From: a virus
Lineage: Duplodnaviria; Caudoviricetes
Length of the DNA: 31,029 nucleotides
IMG/VR virus record: IMGVR_UViG_3300017763_000108
Span: 1-31,029 of that record
Reading direction: 5' to 3' (one strand)
The notes beneath the pieces are model-generated. The model saw only the letters and a list, made by a program, of their open reading frames with translations. It ran no database searches and was not told the origin of the DNA. The translations under genes and the position numbers were made by a program. Shown in pieces: positions 1 through 8,091 of the stretch (positions are counted from its first letter, which is position 1; the number at the start of each line of letters is the position of its first letter).

Positions 1-699
1 AGATTTTTAATTTGGTCAAGCGAAAACACACCACAAAGCATAGTAAGAAAGATTATAGAATTTAAAATGGGTACACCAATACATCAGGCAGAAGAAAAAG
101 ACATAGCCGATGCGGTAGTATGGTGCGATAAGCATTTTAAAATAATAGACGTTGAGGATTTATACACTTACAAGGATTTGCTAAAAGAAGCCAACGCAGT
201 AAAGGATGCTTGGGACTATGATGGTTTACTTATAGACCCCTACAATAGTTTAGCAAAAGACCATCAGCTTTTAAGAGCGGTAGGAAGCCACGAGTACGAC
301 TATCAAGTGAGTAGTGAGTTTAGACTATTTGCAAAAAAGAAAAATGTAACGATATTCTTAAATTCACACGGAGTGACCGAATCGCTGCGAAAAACTCACA
401 TAAAAGGACACGAATACGAAAACTTACCAATGCCATTAGGTTTAGCAGGTGTAGAGGGTGGAGGTAAATGGGGTAACCGTGCGGATGATGTTTACTGCAT
501 ACATAGATACACAAGCCACCCAAGCGATTGGATGTATAGCCACATACACGTATTAAAGGTTAAAGAAAACGAAACAGGCGGAAGGTGTACACCATACGAA
601 CAACCTATAAGCCTTAGAATGGCTTTAAACAATGTAGGATTTGAATACAAAGGGCAAGACCTACTTAACTACAAAGAAATAAAACCCATACAAATATGA
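1..699 (+). CDS. DnaB-like replicative helicase, C-terminal part (5'-truncated; frame open from base 1)
   Basis: Frame reads RFLIWSSENTPQSIVRK upstream of the tracked Met; Walker B-like GLLIDPYNSL, GGGKWGNRADD and VLKVKE..TGG fit SF4 helicases. Confidence 0.75.
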   Translation, partial: RFLIWSSENTPQSIVRKIIEFKMGTPIHQAEEKDIADAVVWCDKHFKIIDVEDLYTYKDLLKEANAVKDAWDYDGLLIDPYNSLAKDHQLLRAVGSHEYDYQVSSEFRLFAKKKNVTIFLNSHGVTESLRKTHIKGHEYENLPMPLGLAGVEGGGKWGNRADDVYCIHRYTSHPSDWMYSHIHVLKVKENETGGRCTPYEQPISLRMALNNVGFEYKGQDLLNYKEIKPIQI

Positions 700-953
700 T
701 AGAACCAAACATTTTTTCAAGTCCAATACTACATTTATTTATGTTACTGATGACAATAGGTGGTATATTTACAGTTATTGGATTTGTGGTACGTGCTGAA
801 ATAATAATAAGCCCTATTAAGGGTTTTGTTGTTGGTGCTTTAGTACACGATGAAACATATACAGAAAACAATACAAAAATTACGGAATATACTTTACAAT
901 GCTTATTAGGTGTAATTAGTATAAACGTAATATGGGAGAGGCAAGATGGCTAA
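696..953 (+). CDS. hypothetical membrane protein
   Basis: ATGA overlap with helicase stop; hydrophobic N-terminal segment LHLFMLLMTIGGIFTVIGFVV. Confidence 0.6.
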   Translation: MIEPNIFSSPILHLFMLLMTIGGIFTVIGFVVRAEIIISPIKGFVVGALVHDETYTENNTKITEYTLQCLLGVISINVIWERQDG

Positions 954-1477
954 GTAAAGTTGCTGCAAGGCATAGTGAATGGATTAAAATTGTACATTCT
1001 TTTGGTGAGTATGATTTCGCTGAAGATGTCGTAATGGAAATGTATCTTGCTTTACATAAATATGCAAGTGAAGAAAAAATCATTGAGAAAGGTGTTGTTA
1101 GCAGGGGTTATTGCTATTTTACCTTGCGCTCGATTTTTTTACAGTATTGTAATGCTAAAAACAAAATCAAAAAAATTGAAATTGACAATGAAGAAACTTA
1201 TACTCAAATTGCAGACGATTCGGAAATGGATGACCAAATAGGATATAACGACATAACCACAAAAATAGACAACCACATAGAAGGTTGGAGGTGGTATGAT
1301 AAAACCCTATTTAGATTGTACAGAGATACAGATATGTCTATTAGAAAAATAGCAGAAGAAACTAACATAAGTTGGGTAAGTATATTTAACACACTAAAAA
1401 AGTGTAAAGAAGAACTAAGGGAAATATTTAAAGAGGACTTTGAGGATTACTTAAATAAAGATTATGACAGAATTTAA
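932..1477 (+). CDS. phage RNA polymerase sigma factor (ECF/sigma-70 regions 2 and 4)
   Basis: Region 2-like FAEDVVMEMYLAL...GYCYFTLRSIF; region 4 HTH LFRLYRDTDMSIRKIAEETNISWVSIFNTLKKCK; 181 aa. Confidence 0.8.
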   Translation: MGEARWLSKVAARHSEWIKIVHSFGEYDFAEDVVMEMYLALHKYASEEKIIEKGVVSRGYCYFTLRSIFLQYCNAKNKIKKIEIDNEETYTQIADDSEMDDQIGYNDITTKIDNHIEGWRWYDKTLFRLYRDTDMSIRKIAEETNISWVSIFNTLKKCKEELREIFKEDFEDYLNKDYDRI

Positions 1478-1877
1478 AGGAGACAAAAGAACAAAGGAAT
1501 TTAAGGAGTGGAAGAAGAACCACGAAAACGCAAGTAAAGGTTTAGGCGATACGGTAGAAAAGATTACTAAGGCTACTGGAATAAAGAAAGCGGTCAAATG
1601 GATAGCAGGGGATGATTGTGGATGTGATGAACGTAAAGACAAACTAAACAAGTTATTTCCAAGACGTAAGCCTAAATGTTTAAACGAAGAAGAATACAAC
1701 TATCTACAAGAGAAGTTTGAGAACCGCAAAAGCACAATACTATCAGACGAACAGAAAAGGATGTTAGAAATATATAACAGAGTATTTAGCGATAACGCAC
1801 AACCAACTAACTGCTCTCCTTGTTTTGTAAATGGCGTTTATAAAAAGTTAGAACAACTATACAAACAATACCTGTGA
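1464..1877 (+). CDS. Cys-rich hypothetical protein, probable metal binding
   Basis: GLGDTVEKITKATGIK...DCGCDERK, KCL, NCSPC; overlaps sigma stop. Confidence 0.75.
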   Translation: MTEFKGDKRTKEFKEWKKNHENASKGLGDTVEKITKATGIKKAVKWIAGDDCGCDERKDKLNKLFPRRKPKCLNEEEYNYLQEKFENRKSTILSDEQKRMLEIYNRVFSDNAQPTNCSPCFVNGVYKKLEQLYKQYL

Positions 1878-2263
1878 AAACTTGGAGCGAAAATGACCTA
1901 TTTTTATATCTGCAAAATTGTTGCTACCCTGATTTAGTAAAGGCAAGGAAACAGATGTCTAAATGGGATTGCTACAGTCCTGAAAGTAAACATAGGATAG
2001 AACTTAAATGTAGGGGCGCACACTACGATACTTTGCTTATAGAGAAGAAAAAGTACGATGCGATGATTAGCAAGGCAGACGAAAACTTAGACATACCCAT
2101 CTACATAAATTCCACACCACAGGGAGTATATAAATTTAATTTGTACCTTGTGAAACCAAAGTGGGAAATACAATACCATAATAAAACAACCCATTTTAGC
2201 AATAACAATAAAATAAAAAAAGAGGTAGCTATGCTGCCTGTTATAGATGCTGAGATACTATGA
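1874..2263 (+). CDS. PD-(D/E)xK-family nuclease-like protein
   Basis: WDCY...RIELKCR catalytic-type spacing; GTGA overlap with upstream stop. Confidence 0.55.
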   Translation: MKTWSENDLFLYLQNCCYPDLVKARKQMSKWDCYSPESKHRIELKCRGAHYDTLLIEKKKYDAMISKADENLDIPIYINSTPQGVYKFNLYLVKPKWEIQYHNKTTHFSNNNKIKKEVAMLPVIDAEIL

Positions 2264-2571
2264 ACAAAAAGATACACAACTTAAAACACATTAACTACTT
2301 AGCCAACTTTGATATTATAGCAAATACTTTTTTAGAGTGGCAGGAGAAGAAACCAACCGACACGGTAGATAAGTTAATGGAAAGTCTTATAGACATCAAC
2401 TACTACATAACGGACATATACACAAACGAACTATACTACAACGAAAGTTTAAATGAATACAGAACTTCAAAACTTAGAGCAATAGAACGTGCGCAAAAAG
2501 CAGAAAAGAAAGTACAAGAACTGGAAAAGGAAATAGCAATACTAAGAAAAGAAAAAGAATTAGGATTATGA
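2260..2571 (+). CDS. hypothetical protein with C-terminal coiled coil
   Basis: ATGA coupling at both ends; heptad RAIERAQKAEKKVQELEKEIAIL. Confidence 0.7.
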   Translation: MNKKIHNLKHINYLANFDIIANTFLEWQEKKPTDTVDKLMESLIDINYYITDIYTNELYYNESLNEYRTSKLRAIERAQKAEKKVQELEKEIAILRKEKELGL

Positions 2572-2786
2572 GTGATAGTAAAAAGAAATACTTTGAGATG
2601 CAAACAGATGGCATAGTAGAAGATGTAAAGTACATAATGGACAAACGTAGTGAAAAGGGACAGAAGGAATACGGAACGACCTTAGAGGATAGTCCTGATG
2701 GCTTTTATTCGTTTCTTAATCATCTGCAAGAGGAACTAATGGATTCAGTGCTTTACATACAAAAGCTAAAAAAACTTAATAAATAG
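2568..2786 (+). CDS. small all-alpha NTP pyrophosphohydrolase-like (MazG-fold) protein
   Basis: RSEKGQKEYGTTL...HLQEELMDSVLY (EExxD acidic motif). Confidence 0.5.
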   Translation: MSDSKKKYFEMQTDGIVEDVKYIMDKRSEKGQKEYGTTLEDSPDGFYSFLNHLQEELMDSVLYIQKLKKLNK

Positions 2787-2817
2787 TTTGTTAACTAAAT
2801 ATTAATAAGTAGCTTTG
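2787..2817 (+). promoter_or_regulatory. host-type (Bacteroidota sigma-70) promoter
   Basis: TTTG(2787-2790)-N19-TAGCTTTG(2810-2817) matches the -33/-7 consensus TTTG-N19-21-TAnnTTTG. Confidence 0.8.
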
Positions 2818-2831
2818 TTAAAAACAATAAG

Positions 2832-2987
2832 ATGGATAATTACAAACATTACCTTTGGTCATTCTATACAGATGACGAACTACGCAAAATAATAGAAAGT
2901 GGCAGTACACTTAAAAGCCACATAGAAGATGCAAAGTCTGAACTAAGAAACAGGCAAGAATCACAAGACGAAATATTAGGACTATGA
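2832..2987 (+). CDS. hypothetical protein (51 aa, not in ORF track)
   Basis: MDNYKHYLWSFYTDDELRKIIESG...EILGL*; follows promoter; ATGA overlap with next gene. Confidence 0.7.
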   Translation: MDNYKHYLWSFYTDDELRKIIESGSTLKSHIEDAKSELRNRQESQDEILGL

Positions 2988-3748
2988 TAACACTATTAAA
3001 CGGAGAGGCTTGGGGTAAAGATGAAATACTCACACAGATGTACGATGACGAATTTTACTATGGGCATTTAGGCAGACACGCATTAAGTAGTAGTAGTTTA
3101 AAGATGCTACTGAAAAGTCCTAAGACATATAGGAATGTTACAAAATACGGAAGCGATACGGATTCCCCAGCACTAAGAGCAGGTAAGCTATTGCATTGGA
3201 TGGTGTTAGAACCACATAAGATAGATGCTTTGCATTTTGTAGAGGCGAGTTCGAAAAACACAAACATTTACAAACACGCAGTTGAGGAACACGGAGAGGT
3301 GTATTTGGAAAAAGAAAAGCAACAAGCGCAACGATTAACAGATGCTTTGCTAAGAAACGAAGAAGCAATAAAACTAATTAACAAGTCAGAGTTTGAAGTA
3401 CCTGCAATAGAAATGCTTGATGGTCTTGCATTTAGAGGTAAGGCAGATATACTAAAAGACAATAACATTATAGATATTAAGACAACACAAGACATAGGTT
3501 CTTTTAGATATAGTGCGGACAAGTATGGCTACGACCTACAAGCGTATCTGTACACAAAACTATTCAACGTAGATAAGTTTACCTTTTTGGTAATTGACAA
3601 AGGCAGTTGCGATATAGGAGTCTTTGAAGCAAGTCAAGATTTTATAGCAAGAGGCGAGGACAAATACAGACAAGCAACAGATTTATATAAATACTTTTTT
3701 GTAGAAGAACACGACCTTGACCAATATGTAATGAGAGGAATATTATAA
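2984..3748 (+). CDS. RecE/exonuclease VIII-like PD-(D/E)xK exonuclease (DUF3799-type)
   Basis: LSSSSLK, GKLLHWMVLEP, RGKADIL..IIDIKTT, YGYDLQAYLY. Confidence 0.8.
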   Translation: MITLLNGEAWGKDEILTQMYDDEFYYGHLGRHALSSSSLKMLLKSPKTYRNVTKYGSDTDSPALRAGKLLHWMVLEPHKIDALHFVEASSKNTNIYKHAVEEHGEVYLEKEKQQAQRLTDALLRNEEAIKLINKSEFEVPAIEMLDGLAFRGKADILKDNNIIDIKTTQDIGSFRYSADKYGYDLQAYLYTKLFNVDKFTFLVIDKGSCDIGVFEASQDFIARGEDKYRQATDLYKYFFVEEHDLDQYVMRGIL

Positions 3749-3796
3749 GGGGTAGCCGAAAACCTTTTAGAGTAGCCAAAACAATAAAACAATATT

Positions 3797-4618
3797 ATGA
3801 AAACAATTATTAAAACATTTAAAGTAAAAGACCTAATGCCTCTGGTAGTAATACCAAGACATCAAAGGTGGAAAGAAGAGCCACATATAAAAAACCTAAA
3901 GAATGATATTGTCAAGAATGGGTTTATGTCCGCAATGACACTATTTGAATTAGATAATGGTCTGTATTCGTTGGAAAATGGATACCAAAGATTATCTTCG
4001 GTTAGTGAAATGCCTGAACAAGAAGTCCATTGTGTCATTATACTAAAAGAAAGTAAAGTGAAACAAGATGAAGTCTTTTTAAGTTTAAACAAATTAAATA
4101 AAAATCTTACACCATTTGATTTTATAAGATACCACGCAACTAAACCAAGTGTTAATATTACAAACCAAGAGGACACTTATGTGTGGTTGTGGGAAAAAAT
4201 ATACAAATCAGCAAATAACCTCAAAGAAAAGGAAGCTGCTCTTTATAATGATGTAATGTTTAGTGATGCATCCGTAAAAGACTTTTTTACAGACAAGGAC
4301 AGATTTAATGATGGTCTTTCAAAACTAAATAAAAGGCATAATGTTAGACTATCTATATATCATAATATAAACCAAAACTGGGAAAAAGATTACAACAGAA
4401 AAAGTGAAATCACTTGGGAGAAAAGCGTACATAAATTAAGAAAAACCGCAATGATTGCACAACTTAATAAATTTATGAAACTTAATAAAAATGATAATGA
4501 GATATATCAAATTATAGTTGATTTTGCTATTTATGTGAACTCAAATCTTGACGCACACTTAACACCTAATAAAGATAATCTTAATAAACTATATAATAAG
4601 TTTGTAGAAAAAATATGA
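3797..4618 (+). CDS. ParB/Srx- or DGQHR/DUF262-like N-terminal domain protein
   Basis: PRHQRW...HIKNLKNDIVKNGF...YSLENGYQRL resembles the QR...DGQ[HQ]R signature. Confidence 0.55.
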   Translation: MKTIIKTFKVKDLMPLVVIPRHQRWKEEPHIKNLKNDIVKNGFMSAMTLFELDNGLYSLENGYQRLSSVSEMPEQEVHCVIILKESKVKQDEVFLSLNKLNKNLTPFDFIRYHATKPSVNITNQEDTYVWLWEKIYKSANNLKEKEAALYNDVMFSDASVKDFFTDKDRFNDGLSKLNKRHNVRLSIYHNINQNWEKDYNRKSEITWEKSVHKLRKTAMIAQLNKFMKLNKNDNEIYQIIVDFAIYVNSNLDAHLTPNKDNLNKLYNKFVEKI

Positions 4619-5244
4619 TTAATTTATACAACCAAGACTGTATGGAAGCAATGGCAGGGTTTACTGATAATAAGTTTGACCTTGCTATTGTTGACCCTCC
4701 TTATGGAATTGATGTCGGGAATATGGATATGGGCGCAGGAAATAAACCTAAACATAGCAGGAAAAAAAGTAGAGGTTTTAAAAACAAAGATTGGGATAAA
4801 AAAGCACCACATATTAATTACTTTGACCAATTAAAAAGAGTTAGTGAAAACCAAATTATATGGGGGGGTAATTATTTTCCTTTAGGCACTTGTTATGGGT
4901 TTTGTATTTGGGATAAAGGCAGCCCTGAAGGTATGAGTTTTAGCGATTGTGAATTTGCTTGGCATAGTTTTAAAAAAGTAGCAAAAATTTACAAATACTC
5001 TACTTATAAAGAAAGTAATAAAATACATCCAACACAAAAGCCTGTAGCACTATACGAATGGTTACTTATGAACTATGCAAAAGAAGGAGATAAAATATTA
5101 GACACACACTTAGGAAGTGGAAGCATAGCAATAGCTTGTCATAACTTAGGATATAATTTAACAGGATATGAAATAGACACAGAATATTACGAAGCAGCAA
5201 CAAAACGGTTAAAACAACATCAATCCCAAATAAGGATGTTTTGA
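4615..5244 (+). CDS. DNA methyltransferase, N6-adenine/N4-cytosine, beta class
   Basis: Motif IV IVDPPYG, HPTQKPVALY, motif I ILDTHLGSGS, GYEID. Confidence 0.92.
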   Translation: MINLYNQDCMEAMAGFTDNKFDLAIVDPPYGIDVGNMDMGAGNKPKHSRKKSRGFKNKDWDKKAPHINYFDQLKRVSENQIIWGGNYFPLGTCYGFCIWDKGSPEGMSFSDCEFAWHSFKKVAKIYKYSTYKESNKIHPTQKPVALYEWLLMNYAKEGDKILDTHLGSGSIAIACHNLGYNLTGYEIDTEYYEAATKRLKQHQSQIRMF

Positions 5245-5252
5245 ATAAAGAA

Positions 5253-5417
5253 ATGAAAGAGTTTTACCTACTTGCACTAATAGACTTTCAGAACGGTGTA
5301 AGTATGGCAGAAATGTATAAAACATTAAAGATGTACGAGGACTTGGAAGATTACGAGGCTTGTGCAGGAATATTAAAAGCAATTAAAGAAATAGAATATG
5401 ACAATAGACAAGATTAA
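5253..5417 (+). CDS. hypothetical protein (54 aa) with UVR-like helix
   Basis: MKEFYLLALIDF...YEDLEDYEACAGILKAIKEI...; fills the gap between MTase and next gene; could start at TTG 5241. Confidence 0.6.
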   Translation: MKEFYLLALIDFQNGVSMAEMYKTLKMYEDLEDYEACAGILKAIKEIEYDNRQD

Positions 5418-5799
5418 ACAAATAGTAGAAACAGAAACAGGATACGACCTAACACAGGTTTCACGAAAAACGGAGTTAGTATATACAAGGGCGATGTACT
5501 ACAACCTATGTAGGCAATACACTTTACACTCTTTAGAAGTGATAGGCAAATCAGTAAACAAGAACCACGCAACAGTACTACACGGTTTAAAACTATACAG
5601 AGACTGGATAGGACAACACGAAGAAAGACATATGCAGGTTTACGAAAAAATAGACAAACTTGTAAGCAGGGAGTTTAAAAAAGAAAATGCTAAATATAGA
5701 GGTAGGGACTTCTACAAAAGAAAATACGCAAAGGTACTTTTAGAACTAAGAGATATTAATACAAAACATAGAAACCTTAAAAAACTAATAAATGTATAA
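5398..5799 (+). CDS. DnaA C-terminal (domain IV) HTH-like DNA-binding protein
   Basis: SRKTELVYTRAMYYNLCRQYTLHSLEVIGKSVNKNHATVLHGLK follows the DnaA domain IV pattern R..AMYL.R..T..SL..IG....DH.TV.H. Confidence 0.78.
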   Translation: MTIDKIKQIVETETGYDLTQVSRKTELVYTRAMYYNLCRQYTLHSLEVIGKSVNKNHATVLHGLKLYRDWIGQHEERHMQVYEKIDKLVSREFKKENAKYRGRDFYKRKYAKVLLELRDINTKHRNLKKLINV

Positions 5800-6091
5800 A
5801 CCTCTACCTAAAGAACTGACTATAAAGAAAAGCAAGATACACGGACAAGGAGTATTTGCTAAAGAAAAAATAGAAGCAGGAAATGACTTAGGAATAACAC
5901 ACCATAAAGTAGATGCTATAAACCCCTATTTAGAAGAACTAATAAGAACACCATTAGGAGGCTTTTTAAACCATAGTGATAGTCCTAACTGCTTTATACT
6001 AAAAGAGGGCAGGATAGGCAGCCTATATACTATTAAACCAATAAAGGCTAACGAAGAACTAACTGTATATTATACTTTGTACGATGTTTGA
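5792..6091 (+). CDS. minimal SET-domain protein (putative protein lysine methyltransferase)
   Basis: SKIHGQGVFA, FLNHSDSPNC and IKANEELTVYY are the three SET signature motifs. Confidence 0.88.
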   Translation: MYKPLPKELTIKKSKIHGQGVFAKEKIEAGNDLGITHHKVDAINPYLEELIRTPLGGFLNHSDSPNCFILKEGRIGSLYTIKPIKANEELTVYYTLYDV

Positions 6092-6161
6092 AGCAATAAC
6101 TATATTTTATTTAACTGCAATATTAGCTTTAGTAATAGCATTGTTATTTAACAAAGAATAG
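6084..6161 (+). CDS. small single-TM peptide (25 aa)
   Basis: MFEAITIFYLTAILALVIALLFNKE*; overlaps SET stop. Confidence 0.45.
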   Translation: MFEAITIFYLTAILALVIALLFNKE

Positions 6162-6178
6162 TTTTTTTTATTATATAT
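6149..6178 (+). promoter_or_regulatory. putative phage late promoter, copy 1 (terminase operon)
   Basis: TAACAAA(6149)...TATTAT(6169); ACA-to-TATT offset 18. Confidence 0.65.
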
Positions 6179-6201
6179 ATGAATAATCAAGTTATATCAA
6201 G

Positions 6202-6435
6202 ATGGCACACGGAGGAAAAAGAGATGGTGCAGGCAGAAAGTCTAAGACAGAAGAAGTAAACCTTATAGAGAAACTTTCTCCATTAGAAGATGCAGCTTAC
6301 ATAGCATTAAAGGATGGAGTAGAAAGAGGGGACTTTAAGTTTGTACAACTTTTCTATAACTATTACGCAGGTAAGCCAAGAGAAACCAAAGACATTACTA
6401 TCAACGAGGACTTACCTTTGTTTATGGAGGATTAG
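6202..6435 (+). CDS. terS: terminase small subunit
   Basis: HGGKRDGAGRKSK N-terminus, YYAGKP; directly upstream of large subunit. Confidence 0.7.
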   Translation: MAHGGKRDGAGRKSKTEEVNLIEKLSPLEDAAYIALKDGVERGDFKFVQLFYNYYAGKPRETKDITINEDLPLFMED

Positions 6436-6465
6436 GGATAACCACAACCCTAACCTGCATTTTGT

Positions 6466-7632
6466 ATGCGAGTAAAGAAAACCATTGCATTTCATAAGCT
6501 AAGAAAGCTACAGAGTAGGACACGAGTAGTTAAGGGTGGTACAAGTGCATCTAAGACTATATCAATACTTTGTTTGCTAATAGACTATGCCATTAAAAAC
6601 GAAGGCAAAGAGATTAGTGTAGTGTCGGAGAGTATTCCACATCTTAGGCGTGGGTGCGTAAAGGATTTTTTGTCTATCCTAAAAAGTTTAAATAGGTATG
6701 AAGAAAGCCAATACAATAAAAGCACGTTAAAATACACCTTTACAAACGGAAGCTACATAGAGTTTTTTTCAACTGACCAACCGTTGAAACTAAGAGGTGC
6801 AAGACGTACTGACCTATACATCAACGAATGTAATAACGTACCCTTTGATGCTTACACACAATTAGCAGTTAGAACATCAGGGACAATATGGTTAGACTAC
6901 AACCCATCAAGTTTGTTTTGGGTGGACAAGGAACTAATAGGAAGAGAAGATACGGACTACATTACACTTACCTATAAAGACAACGATGCATTACCTGAAA
7001 CCATAATAAGGGAAATAGAGAAAGCAAGAGATAAGGCAAAGACATCTACTTATTGGTCTAATTGGTGGAGGGTTTACGGTTTAGGTGAAACAGGTTCTTT
7101 AGAAGGTGTATGTATTCCTGATTGGAAAGAGATAGATACAGTACCAAACGAAGCAAGGCTATTAGGTTACGGTATGGACTTTGGATATACAGACCCCACT
7201 ACAATCATAGGATTATACAAATGGAACGAAGCCTACATAGCTGATGAAGTATTCTATAAGTCTAATACGGTTTTAAGGGACGTTAGCTTGTTTCTAAGGC
7301 ACAATAATATAAAAGACAACATAGTTGCCGACCAAGCTGAACCGAAGTCCATAGAAACGCTTAGAAGGGATGGGCATAATATCTACCCTTGTACAAAAGG
7401 TAGGGATAGTGTAAACTTTGGAATCAACCTAATAAACCAAAACGAGATATACGTAACAAGCAGAAGCAGAAATCTAAAAAGAGAACTACAAGGATATGTA
7501 TGGGCAAAAGACAAAGATGGCAACACGCTACCAAAACCAACAGGAGAACATCCTGACTGCATAGATGCATTTAGGTATGTATTAACAGATACGTTAAATA
7601 ACGCACATAGGGGACAATACTATGTATATTAA
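6466..7632 (+). CDS. terL: terminase large subunit (PBSX/XtmB-like)
   Basis: Walker A GGTSASKT, LRGARR, Walker B LYINEC, DYNP, GMDFG, HPDCIDAFRY. Confidence 0.93.
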   Translation: MRVKKTIAFHKLRKLQSRTRVVKGGTSASKTISILCLLIDYAIKNEGKEISVVSESIPHLRRGCVKDFLSILKSLNRYEESQYNKSTLKYTFTNGSYIEFFSTDQPLKLRGARRTDLYINECNNVPFDAYTQLAVRTSGTIWLDYNPSSLFWVDKELIGREDTDYITLTYKDNDALPETIIREIEKARDKAKTSTYWSNWWRVYGLGETGSLEGVCIPDWKEIDTVPNEARLLGYGMDFGYTDPTTIIGLYKWNEAYIADEVFYKSNTVLRDVSLFLRHNNIKDNIVADQAEPKSIETLRRDGHNIYPCTKGRDSVNFGINLINQNEIYVTSRSRNLKRELQGYVWAKDKDGNTLPKPTGEHPDCIDAFRYVLTDTLNNAHRGQYYVY

Positions 7633-7649
7633 AAATAAATTGTTTATTA

Positions 7650-7680
7650 TTTGTTAATTAAAAAAAAGGTTATATATTTA
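7650..7680 (+). promoter_or_regulatory. host-type promoter (variant)
   Basis: TTTG(7650-7653)-N19-TATATTTA(7673-7680). Confidence 0.6.
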
Positions 7681-7706
7681 CATCATAAACATAAAACAAT
7701 AACACA

Positions 7707-7898
7707 ATGAAAGAATTAACAAAACAATTAAAAAACCTAAGTAAAGTCGATATGAATGGTAAGGTATTCTTTCCTTACAAAGATTTAACAGAACAAGGTT
7801 TTATCCACAACGACTATCTACAAGAAAAATTAAACTTTGCAAAAGATTTAGTAAATAAAGGATGGTCAGCAAAAGAATCAATTAACTACTACTTTTAA
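7707..7898 (+). CDS. hypothetical protein (moron-like)
   Basis: 63-aa ORF flanked by a host-type promoter and a terminator. Confidence 0.65.
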   Translation: MKELTKQLKNLSKVDMNGKVFFPYKDLTEQGFIHNDYLQEKLNFAKDLVNKGWSAKESINYYF

Positions 7899-7903
7899 AC
7901 AAC

Positions 7904-7925
7904 AGGGGGCAGCAATGCCCCTTTT
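7904..7925 (+). terminator. intrinsic terminator
   Basis: AGGGGGCA-GCAA-TGCCCCTT hairpin (GNRA loop) with short T tract. Confidence 0.7.
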
Positions 7926-7938
7926 AAATTATAAAACA

Positions 7939-8091
7939 ATGAAAGATTACATTATTATTAAAAAAGAAATTTGTGCTAAACAAAACAGGAAGCGCATTAA
8001 GAAAGCAATTAGAGATATTACAATACTTACATTTTCATATTACATAGCTATATTTGCATTTGTTAAGATAGCTTTTTGGATATGGCGATAG
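7939..8091 (+). CDS. small membrane protein (50 aa, not in ORF track)
   Basis: MKDYIIIKKEICAKQNRKRIKKAIRDITILTFSYYIAIFAFVKIAFWIWR*. Confidence 0.6.
   Translation: MKDYIIIKKEICAKQNRKRIKKAIRDITILTFSYYIAIFAFVKIAFWIWR

Noticed and set aside
6433-6465. TAG readthrough fusing terS to terL (same frame)
   Set aside because: A second in-frame stop (TAA) follows one codon later; no sign of stop-codon reassignment elsewhere
7801-7809. Perfect DnaA box TTATCCACA
   Set aside because: Single copy inside a coding region; one chance hit is plausible in 31 kb of AT-rich DNA, and no cluster was seen
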